Source of the DNA: Heterodontus francisci
Lineage: Eukaryota
Direction: 5' to 3'
Assembly (NCBI RefSeq): GCF_036365525.1
Contig: NC_090404.1
Coordinates: 7,006,001 to 7,070,000, forward strand
Length of the DNA stretch: 64,000 nucleotides
Part shown: positions 1-9,836 of the stretch, piece by piece
How the letters are laid out: every line of letters begins with the position of its first letter
Position numbering within the stretch: the stretch's first letter is position 1
Position numbers and translations under genes: made by a program
Notes under the pieces: generated by a model
Databases searched by the model: none
Seen by the model: only the letters and a program-made list of their open reading frames with translations
What the model was told of the DNA's origin: nothing

Positions 1-20
1 TTGGATCAAGGAAATTCCAG
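1..20 (+). CDS. IGHM: IgM heavy chain CH1 exon, 3' end (cluster A; rest lies upstream of the window)
   Basis: Encodes WIKEIP(G), then GTTAGT donor at 21; same as the end of cluster B CH1. Confidence 0.9.
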
Positions 21-232
21 GTTAGTGTTGTGGAAACTGTGGAAAAACATAAAAGCTATAGTGATCTTGTGTAGAGCTTTGGCTTTACGACATTTAGGGT
101 ATTGTGCACTGTTCTGATGCCAGGAAACTCCAGTTAGTATCTGCGTGACAACAAATAACCTGTTAAAATAAAAGAACAGTTTGGATAAGTTATTAATGTC
201 TTCGATAAATATCTAACATGTTTTTCTTCAAG

Positions 233-550
233 ATTGCAAAGGTGACATCGTCCATCCAACTGTTATCCTCACCCAGAGTTCCAGCGAAGAAATCACAAGC
301 AGCAGATTTGCAACTGTCTTGTGTTCAATCATCGATTTCCAGCCAGAGTCAATAACCGTGAGTTGGTTGAAGGATGGACAACCCACGGATTCGGGCTTCG
401 CCACCTCTCCCGCCTGTGAAGTGAACGGGAACTTCTCGGCGACCAGTCGGCTGACAGTCCCGGCTGTGGGATGGTTCACCAACACGGTCTATACCTGCCA
501 CGTCTCCCATCAAGAGGTCACCCAAAGCCGAAACATCACCGGATCTCAGG
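233..550 (+). CDS. IGHM: IgM CH2 exon (cluster A)
   Basis: AG at 231-232, GTAAGA at 551; 318 nt, open; [11 protein letters not shown]...VLCSIIDF...WLKDG...YTCHVSH Ig C1 domain. Confidence 0.95.
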
Positions 551-879
551 GTAAGAGACACAAACCGAGAAAACTCCAGATCATTCTGTTCTCTGATGAA
601 TAACAAATTGAACAATTTATTGGAGTTAGTACAAAGCACTGAATATTTTTCCAATTCGCCATCGTGCCTCATTCCGCTGTGAGTGCTGAATTAGAATTGC
701 TCACGGTTCAACATGTCATCACATCACCAAAGAATGGCTCCCTCTGCTTTGATGTCAAATAGTGAGTCAGGTGGCCTTGCTTTCAGTTTTATCGTGATTT
801 GACCGATCATATTCAGAGCGGCAATAGGTGTCTGGAACTCTTTACTGTTCACAACCTCGGGATCAAGTGCCAGAAAGAG

Positions 880-1275
880 CATCTTCCCTATTTAGAAAAC
901 TGTGTTCAATTCAGGACTCATGAGCTCAGGAAGGATATATTGTCATTGGGAGTGATGCAACACAAATTGAGTAGAATGATAGCGGGGCTGAACGGGTTAA
1001 ATAAGAGGACAGGTTTCATTGACCAAACTGGTATTCCTTTGTGTACAGAAGATTAAAGGGTGATCTACTTGAGGTGTTTAAGATGTTTACTGGAGTTGAT
1101 GGAGTCGAAGGCATAAACTTCAAATTAGACTAAGGTCATTCAAGGATGATATCAGGAAAGTTATTCACACAGTGGGTAGCGGAAATCTGGAATTCTCTTC
1201 CTCAACTCGCTCTTGAAGTATGTCATCAATTCAAAATTTTCATGTCGAGATTGACAGTTTAAAGTTCGGCAAGGG
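880..1275 (+). mobile_element. Degenerate CR1-type LINE 3' fragment in the CH2-CH3 intron; predates the cluster duplication
   Basis: Decayed LEYCVQF / RGDLIEVFKM-like coding; an inverted counterpart sits at about 40280-40790 in cluster B. Confidence 0.6.
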
Positions 1276-1277
1276 TA

Positions 1278-1565
1278 TTTTTATTTAGAGATACAGCACT
1301 GCAACAGGCCCTTCGGCACACCATGTCTGCGCCAACCAACAATCACCCTATTTATACTAACCCGTCATTCCCTACCACCTACCTACACTAGGCGCAATTT
1401 ACAATGGCCAGTTTACTTATCACCTGCAAGTTTTTGGCTGTGGGAGGAAATCGGAGCACCAACACATTCACAGGGAGAGCTGCCAAACTCCGCAAAGGTA
1501 GTGTCGAACCCAGAATCGAACCCACGTCGTTGGGACTGTGAGGCTGCGGAGCTAACCACGGTGCT
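1278..1565 (-). mobile_element. tRNA-derived V-SINE (HE1-like)
   Basis: Minus strand has GTGGTTAGC...GGTTCGATTCTGGG box B, a V-domain-like core and a CR1-like tail; same family as 39737-40076 and 45843-46148. Confidence 0.75.
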
Positions 1566-2398
1566 ATCGGTGGACGGTTTTAAGGTACAGATCAGCCAGT
1601 GTCCACTTGGATGGCTGAGCAGGCTCAAGGGCCAAATGGCCTGTTCTTTTTCTTCTGTTTCTATTACTGCCCTCTAGTCACATGGTCTTCTGACTCCAGA
1701 CTGACATATGAGGAGTTCTCACTCATGACATACATCAGAAAACTGCCTTTCACCGTTATTGCTAATTATTCCCCACCTCAAAAAGATTCCACAGAATTGC
1801 ACTTTCCCGGCTTTTGCCCCTCCTCTGATTGGTTGCTGCATATTTTCATCCTCCCAAATATCGTGAGAAGGCGCTGGAAAATTAACGTTCTTCCCTGTTG
1901 GGTCTAAAATCCGGAATTCCATTTGACACTCGTTTTGAGCCAGTATGAATTCTATGTCTAGCTCGTGTCCTTGGGTGACAGGTGCATTATATTCAGCGGA
2001 GATGTGATCGGGTGCAAGGATCAATGGACGGGCAGAAATATGAACATGCGAGCTTACGAGTTAGCAGTAGTAAGCCACTCGGCCCTTCTAGCCTGCTCCA
2101 CCAGGGATTTCGGGAAGAACTTTATTCAGTGCGGACGCAATTTCTCACTCAATTATTCGATTTTTAGGCCGGGTAATTGCTTCAAAGCCCATTGCAGGCT
2201 TCTTAGGGTGCAAGTACGCAGTATATGTTATAGAATCTCCCGGAAGCTTTTTCCGGTTGTTGTCCTTCCAATAAAGGGTAATATGTAAGTTACAGCTTGA
2301 GGTTGATATCTCGAAATTGATTTATTTTCCTAGAGGCTGTATACAGGTGTCTGATTCTGAAGATGAATCTTTGATTTATTTCCATTTCTGTTTTACAG

Positions 2399-2707
2399 TT
2401 CCTTGCTCCTGCAATGATCCAGTAATTAAAGTACTGCCGCCATCAATAGAACAGGTCTTACTGGAGGCGACGGTGACGTTGACCTGCGTCGTGTCTCATG
2501 CTCCTTATGGCATCAACGTGTCCTGGACACAAGAAGGGAAGCCTTTGATATCTGAGATTGCCGTCCAACCATGAGAGGATCCCGACAGCGTGATCAGCAG
2601 CGTAAACATCTCGGCACAATCCTGGCTGAGTGGGGCTGTGTTCAACTGCGTGGTGAGCCATCAGGATCTGCCTACACCTCTCAGAGATTCTATCCGCAAG
2701 GAAGAAG
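2399..2707 (+). pseudogene. IGHM: IgM CH3 exon (cluster A) with in-frame stop
   Basis: AG at 2397-2398, GTGAGC at 2708; TGA at 2572-2574 where cluster B has GGA (QPGED); FYC is FNC here. Confidence 0.93.
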
Positions 2708-3185
2708 GTGAGCGGTGAGATTGAAGCAATAAGTGAGAGGTTGCCCCTATTTCTTGTGATTGTGAAAGGGAAAATTCTTCTTAACAAGTGCTCCAATGAA
2801 CAACCCCAATAATTTAATTGTAATTCCACGAACGGAGTCCTCTGGAATCAGAGGTGATGCATCTCAGGGGAAGTTAAATAGCAGATGAGAGAGAAATGAT
2901 AGAAGGAGGAGAAGGAGTATTGTGTGCAGCATAAGAAATTGTACAGGCTAGCTGCGCAGAGGGGTCTTTTCCTGTGCTGTAAATTCTATGCAATTCCCCA
3001 GTGTAATAGCTTCGGTTCTCAGCGAGAAGGATTTGCTCCAGAGTGGAAAACAGGACAGGCCCCAGTGGGGAAAAGGAAAACCGTTAAAATCCAGCACAAA
3101 GCACTATTCCTATCACATCTAACCACCAGTTTTATTCTCTCTGGAATTCTCCAGTTTATTGACATTTATTTTAATTTTTCTGCAG

Positions 3186-3577
3186 ATAAAGATCTGCAGG
3201 ACCCTTCCGTGTCTGTCCTCCTGCCCCCGGCAGACGAAGTCTCCACTCAGAGATTCCTCTCCCTCACCTGCTCAGTGAGAGGTTTCTCCCCCAAGGAGAT
3301 CTTCGTCAAGTGGACCGTCAATGACAAGTCGGTGAATCCCGGCCACTACAAAAACACCGAGGTGATGGCGGAGAACGACAATAGCTCCTTCTTCATCTAC
3401 AGCCTGTTATCCATTGCAGCGGAGGAGTGGGCCAGCGGCGCTTCTTACTCCTGTGTGGTGGGACATGAAGCGATCCCATTGAAGATCATCAACAGAACAG
3501 TTAATAAATCCAGCGGTAAACCGAGTTTTGTGAACATTTCCCTTGCACTGTTGGACACTGTCAATTCATGTCAATGA
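3186..3577 (+). CDS. IGHM: IgM CH4 plus secretory tailpiece (cluster A); internal donor for the membrane form at 3516
   Basis: AG at 3184-3185; DKDLQDPSV...YSCVVGHEA...SS G|GTAAAC; tail [19 protein letters not shown] with NIS sequon and penultimate Cys. Confidence 0.95.
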
Positions 3578-4639
3578 GAATCTCTCGATTGCATTTCAAT
3601 CTTAAATACCTGTTCTTCCAATCGCGATTTAAATACACAACCGCTTAGTTATTTTTGCTTGCCACATTTGCTAAGTGTAGGTCAATTCATCTAAAGTAGG
3701 ATATTTGCAGATCTCGGGCTCAAGTCTTTTAGAACCAGTGCTCCCAGATACACCACAGGTTGGCTGCAGAGCAAAGCTAATTCATTAGAGGATTCCGTTG
3801 AGTTACTTCGGCAACGTTTCCCCTGCTGGGGGAGGTCTGAATTTTTCCCTTCTCTAACAAACAAACGCAGGCATTTAGATCACAGTATCTCTGTTTCCCG
3901 TGTTGTCAGCCCCTTGAGAATTGGTGTCAGTTTTAAATTACAGCATAAGAAGCACTGGGAACTGAAGGGAGGGGCACACACCAACACCAAGTATACCAAA
4001 ATCTCCCATCAGAAAGAGGGAAAAAGGCGATTTATTAACTCACTGTATCCCTACTTTCTCAACATAAAGAAAGGAAAAGAACAATTGCTGTTCCATTGTA
4101 GCTCCACTTCTCCAATCGAGAGAAGGGAAAGGCAGTTGTCGCCCCTCTCCCCAATTTCTACAACAGAGAAAGGAGCAAAGCCATTTGTTAACCCACTATA
4201 CTCCCACTCCCCGGATGGAGACATGAGAAGACAACTGCTCTCTATTAGATGGACTCAGTTGCCATCGGTGCAAAGTCTGCTTCTAGTTCATTGTGCGAAT
4301 GTTCAAACGTTCCACATGAGAATCATATTGTAAAATATATATGCATGCAATATAATATTTTTAAACACTTCCTTGTTCATCTTATGCGACCAGATTGAAT
4401 TCTAATCGTCCAAATCTGATTGTTGATCGAATCCTCCTCTGTTTTTTTCACGCTTGTGTTCCTGATGTTTCTGGGGCCCATCAGTTGTATTGCTGCGTGC
4501 ATTCAGCTGATGTTATGTTGTATCTTGCACAGAATACATTTATGCACAGAACAGTGAAGAATATTCTTTACAATACACACTGTCAAGGTCATGCTCAGAT
4601 ATTGGTTCTCAGTGGAACTTTGAAAAATAATAAAAATGC

Positions 4640-5920
4640 ATTGGCACACGGACACAAACACACACATAAACACACTCGCATGCACAAATACACACATACA
4701 GCGACACACACGAACAGACCCAAACGCTGAAAGAAATGCTCCCACAGTCATACACATAAACATAAACATAAGCACACACGTTAGTACAGTCTCACGCACA
4801 ACGAAATCTAGACATAAAAGCATACACTAGGATACACATTAATACATATACATGGACGCACATGCTCGCAGATTAACAGATTCACACACACACACATAAG
4901 CACTTAGATAAATAGACACATTAACACACTCACTCATACACACATAATCACCAACATCAATATGCTGACACACATGGATACACAAACACACACATGAACA
5001 CATACAATATCACAAATGTGCACATACTCACACATTAACACACACATTAATACATAGTTATTACAAAGCACTGAATATTTTTCCAATTCGCCATTGTGCC
5101 TCATTTTTTTTTTGCGAGGAGCAGCTTTGACAGAACGAGGTGCGGAGCGAACTTGCAGCTGAGCGGTCAATTTCAGTAAGTTACAAATTAATCCCCTTTT
5201 GTTTCGGAGGACCAGGGGACTGCTGGGTAAGGGAAAACTATTTATTTGGGCAGTTTTAAAATCTTTTTCTTTTTGCGAGGAGCAGCTTTGACAGAACGAG
5301 GTGCGGAGCGAACTTACAGCTGAGCGGTCAATTTCAGTAAGTTACAAGTTAATCCCCTTTTGTTTCGGAGGACCAGGGGACTGCTGGGTAAGGCACATAC
5401 TCACACATTAACACACACATTAATACATAAATGTCGTTATCAACACGTAAATTTACACATTATTACAATTCTAGGGGCACACACACACACATAAAGAAAC
5501 ACATCACCTATGCATGCACTTATATTGACACGTATAAACACATTAACTCACAGGGACACATTAACGCAACCATCAACACAAAAACACGGATTACCAAACT
5601 CATCGGGACACAAACACACACATAAACAAATATTAACATGCTCAGGCACGTATGGACAGATCGACAAAACACACACAGACTGTCACTTGAATACACACTT
5701 CAATGCACATTGGCACATTAACATCCATTACCATACATGCACACATGGACACAGCAGCAACATATAAACAAGCTCATTAATATACTCACACTTGTGTACA
5801 CAAACAAACAACTGAACACTTTCATTAATACTCACACAAACGCACACATGGATACGCAAACACAGTGTAATGAAAAGCAAGAGATACTCATGCACAGATA
5901 CACAAACACTCAAGTGCACA
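4640..5920. repeat. CA-rich low-complexity tract in the CH4-TM1 intron (cluster A)
   Basis: Degenerate (CA)n/(CACATA)n; inverted TG-rich counterpart at about 35960-36890. Confidence 0.85.
5057..5392 (+). other. Composite insertion flanked by a 37-bp direct duplication
   Basis: GCACATACTCACACATTAACACACACATTAATACATA at 5020-5056 and 5393-5429; the insert is a copy of 625-673 plus two copies of a ~120-bp GC-richer unit. Confidence 0.85.
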
Positions 5921-6518
5921 AATAAAAAGGCCAGATTACAGGCAAAAGCATTATTCAAATGCACTGTTTCAACAGACACCGTCTCCAACAATTTCCCTCA
6001 TACATTTTGGACCTGCAATCACAATGAAGTAATATTCTCAAAGAAACTGCGATAAATTGATGATTTCCCAACTACTTTCATGAGAAATAAACAAACAAGA
6101 TTGGAATTCACATCCGATCCCTTACTCAACACCACTGACAATCTCCAAGTAAGTAACTGTCTGATCCCTATCTTCAAAATAATTGTTATCGATCTGTAAA
6201 CCTCCCTCGTTATCTTCTCGTATTCCCTAATGATGGAACGAAATTGATGCAAAATAAAATAGAGCCTGACACTAAAGAAAAAAGAAACTGACACGTTTTC
6301 CAACACGGCCTGCATGAGGATGATAAAAGAAGAACGGCTGTGGATTTAATAAGAGAGAGAGATTGCTGAGCATGAATAACAACAATAAATAAGCATTGAC
6401 AATTAAATTAAAGAACAAAATAACAGCTGAAGGAAGAGAACTCCAAATACAAAGTAACAATCTTAGATCCTGGAGTGATAAATCATCTAAATACATTTTC
6501 TCCTCTACATCTGCGTAG

Positions 6519-6646
6519 ATTCCTCAGACCACATCTGGATTGAAGACAATGAGGAAAAGAGCGGCAACATCTGGAGAACCGCTTCCACATTCATCATCCT
6601 GTTCTTCCTGAGCATTTTCTACAGTGCTGCCGTCACTCTGGTGAAG
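6519..6646 (+). pseudogene. IGHM: IgM TM1 exon (cluster A), splice donor mutated
   Basis: DSSDHIWIEDNEEKSGNIWRTASTFIILFFLSIFYSAAVTLVK with CART-type TM motif; followed by TTGAGA where cluster B has GTGAGA. Confidence 0.9.
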
Positions 6647-6790
6647 TTGAGAATATTCAATCCACTCACACTTCAATTTGACTGAAGCTGTTTGACAAAT
6701 CTCGAAAAGTTTCATAGATTTAAAAAATAGTCTGAGATAAATATCCAGACCACGAAACCTCTGCTTCATTCTTTTATCCCTCTTTTACAG

Positions 6791-6799
6791 GTCAAGTGA
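6791..6799 (+). CDS. IGHM: IgM TM2 exon coding part (VK*), cluster A
   Basis: TTTTACAG|GTC AAG TGA; same as cluster B. Confidence 0.88.
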   Translation, partial: VK

Positions 6800-7639
6800 T
6801 CGATTGAATTTCGGTCGCCCTGAATTTTCCTCATTTTCTAACATCTCTGTATTACTCAAACAAACTGTAAAAGTAAAATTCCAACAGTTGATGGTTCTGA
6901 AATTGTAACTGAGAAATTCAGAAACATTATTTCCGTTTTTCTCTTTGTAATGTTTGAGATAATCGTGGCTTTAATGTAAATATGTTTTCGAATTTGACCT
7001 TTGTTTGAACTTGATGTGTAAATAAGTAAATATTCCTGATTCACAATTGTGTCCTTCACTTTACGTTGAGCCATTTTTTGTCTCTCTGGTCTTGTTACAG
7101 TTTTACAGACAGCTGGCAGCTCATGTGTTCTGTTCTCAGTTTATCGCACAGTTGTTACATTCAGTTTCGACCTTTCCCTTAAAAAAACGGAATTCTCTGT
7201 AAAATGCTCCTGTTGAAATTGTTAATAATCTTGAATATGGACGAACATGGACTTGCTGAATTCCTGGTGCCAATGACAACACTGTTCCATGTTCCCTATT
7301 ACACGTTTTCCCATTTCCTAGACAGCTATTTTTCACCAGTTCTGTCTGGGTTGTGTTTGAACACAATGCCCTTCAGTGAAGGAGCCGCTGCGCCATCCAT
7401 AGCCCCATTAGATTAAAGACACATTTCCCCCTGCCTTATTATGTCAATCGCCAGAGACAGAATGACTGCACAGTGACAAAGAACACCTTGCTGACTTCTC
7501 CCATCATATGGTCTATCACAGTCACATGCCAGGTTATATTAAAGAGCAGCACTCTGCTCCCACACAGCCTGATATGTACAATATGGAAGAATACTGTTCC
7601 ATCAATATTTTACAGGGCAGATATGGCACTGCTTTGATA

Positions 7640-7790
7640 GAGAGTAAATCTCCCTCTTCACTGTCCCATCAAACACTCCCAAGGCCGGTACAGCACAGGT
7701 TAGATACAGAGTAAAGCTTCCGATAAACAGTACCATCAAACAGGGCAGGCATTGCCCGGTGTACATACTGTGTAAAACTCCTTCTACAGC
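7640..7790 (+). repeat. ~63-bp degenerate tandem repeat (ACACTGTCCCATCAAACACTCCCAGG...GGTTAGATACAGAGTAAAGCTCCCTCT)
   Basis: The unit recurs at 8044-8082/9443-9470, 18660-18920, 34040-34290 (inverted) and 47770-48170. Confidence 0.75.
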
Positions 7791-8042
7791 GAAACATAGA
7801 CATAGAAACATATAAAATAGGAGCAGGAGTAGGCCATTTGTCCCTTCGAGCCTGCTCCACCATTCATTATGATCAGTAGCCTGTTCTGGCTTTCGCACCA
7901 TACCCTTTGACCTCTTTATTCCCAAGAGCTATATATAACTTCTTTCTGAAAATATACAAAGTTTCGGACTCAACTGCTTTCGATGGTAGCGAATTCCACA
8001 GGCTCACCACTCTCTGGGTGAAGAAATTTCTCCTCATCTCAG
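7791..8042 (-). mobile_element. CR1-type LINE 3' end fragment
   Basis: Minus strand encodes EMRRNFFTQRVVSLWNSLP (CR1 ORF2 C-terminus) and a short-repeat tail. Confidence 0.75.
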
Positions 8043-8082
8043 TACACTGTCCCATCAAGCACTCCAGGACAGTAGCAGCACA

Positions 8083-9442
8083 CTTCTTCACACCCTACCT
8101 CCTGTAAGGACTCCATTCCATTCTCCCAGTTTCTCCATCTCCGACGCATCTGCTCTGATGATGCTACCTTCCATGACGGTGCTTCTGATATGACCTCCAT
8201 TTTCCTCAACCGAGGATTTCCCCCCACTGTGGTTGACAGGGCCCTCAACCGTGTCCGACCCATTCCCCGCACCACTACCCTCACCCCTTCCCCTCCCTCC
8301 CAGAACCGTGACAGGGTTCCCCTTGTCCTCACTTTTCATCCCACCAGCCTCCATATCCAAAGGATCATCCTCCGCCATTTTCGCCACCTCCAGCGTGATG
8401 CCACTACCAGTCGCATCTTCCCCTCCCTTCCCCTGTCAGCATTCCGAAGGGATCATTCCCTCCGCGACACCCTGGTCCACTCCTCCATTACCCACACCAA
8501 CTCGTCCCCGTCCCAGGGCACCTTCCCTTGCAATCGCAGGAGGTGTAATACCTGCCCATTTACCTCCTCTCTCCTCACTATCCCAGGCCCCAAACTCTCC
8601 TTTCAGGTGAAGCAGCGATTTACTTGTACTTCTTTCAATGTAGTATACTGTATTCGCTGCTCACACTGTGGTCTCCCCTACATTGGGGAGACCAAGCGCA
8701 GACTGGGTGACTGTTTTGTGGAACATCTCCGCTCAGTCCACAAGCAGGACACTGAGCTTCCGGTTGCTTGCCATTTCAACACACCCCCCTGCTCTCATGC
8801 TCACATCTCTGTCCTGGGATTTCTGCAGTGTTCCAGTGAGCATCAATGCAAGCTCGAGGAACAGCATCTCATTTACGGATTAGGCACACTACAGCCTGCC
8901 GGACTGAACATTGAGTTCAATAATTTCAGAGCATGACAGCCCCCCACTTTACTTTCATTTTTAGTCATTTTTAGTTATTTTTTCTTCCTTTTTTTTAACA
9001 TTCCTTTTTACATTTTTTACAATCTTTTTTTGCATTTATTTCATTTCATCTTAGTCTCACCCACTGTTTTTTTCAGGTTGTTTTTCTTCAGGTTTGCACT
9101 TGCAGCTGTTCAATATTCAGTATATTCACACCTAATCTGTACTAATGCTTTGTCTTTCAACACACCATTAACATATTGTTTGCCTTTGCTCCGTGACCTT
9201 TTTGTCAGCTATGTGGCCTGGTCCAATCTGCACCTTCTCCTTTGTTATCTCTTGCCCAACCCCCACCTCACTTGTTTATAATCTGTGACTTTTCTAATAT
9301 TTGTCAGTTCCGAAGAAGGGTCACTGACCCGAAACGTTAACTCTGCTTCTCTTTCCACAGATGCTGCCAGACCTGCTGAGTGAATCCAGCATTTCTTGTT
9401 TTTGTTTCAGATTTCCAGCATCCGCAGTATTTTGCTTTTATT
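8083..9442 (+). mobile_element. Penelope-like retroelement, 5'-truncated, GIY-YIG endonuclease region (ORF 8190-8936)
   Basis: CNRRRCNTC and NVVYCIRCSHCGLPYIGETKRRL motifs; 14-bp TSD ACAGTAGCAGCACA at 8069-8082 and 9443-9456. Confidence 0.9.
9306..9342 (+). ncRNA. Minimal type I hammerhead ribozyme motif in the Penelope 3' repeat (core variant CCGAAGA)
   Basis: AGTT-CCGAAGA-A-GGGTC/ACT/GACCC-GAAAC-GT-T-AACT. Confidence 0.6.
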
Positions 9443-9479
9443 ACAGTAGCAGCACAGGTTAGATACAACACAGACACAT

Positions 9480-9800
9480 GAGGGAGCACAAACACTGTGA
9501 ATGATTCCGAGAGACTGGTGAATATCTGACACAATATACCATTGAGCGCAAATGCGGGAATTATTCCAAGAGTCTGGGGTCCATCTGACACAACAGGGAG
9601 CACAAAGCCTAGGAATGATCCCACAGCCTGGGGCCTGTCTAATACACCAGAGAGGGCAACCGCTGGGAATGATTTCCAAAGCCTGACGTCAATGTGAAAA
9701 ACAAGGAAGCAGAATTCCTGGGTTGATTCCCAGAGCCGGAGTCCTGTCTGTCAGAAGAGAGAGCACAAATTGTAGGAATGACTGCCGGAGTCTGAGGCTT
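9480..9800. repeat. Degenerate ~50-bp minisatellite (GGAATGATTCC...CTGACACA) in the IgM 3' flank
   Basis: About six units; inverted counterpart at about 33650-34025. Confidence 0.6.
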
Positions 9801-9836
9801 ATCTTATCCAGTGACTCTGTCTTTGCATTTTCCGTT

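Noticed and set aside
4395-5991. His/Thr- and Val/Cys-rich ORFs (also 36351-36948 and 28536-28964)
   Set aside because: Translations of CA/TG and ATCT simple repeats.
6524-6769. Paired ORFs 6524-6769 (-) and 35123-35347 (+) with near-identical proteins
   Set aside because: They are antisense shadows of the TM1 exons, not genes; the same applies to the shadows of CH2 and CH3.
7469-7510. CACAGTG heptamer in the 3' flank (also at 22168 and 25779)
   Set aside because: No nonamer at a 12 or 22/23 spacing and no coding segment.
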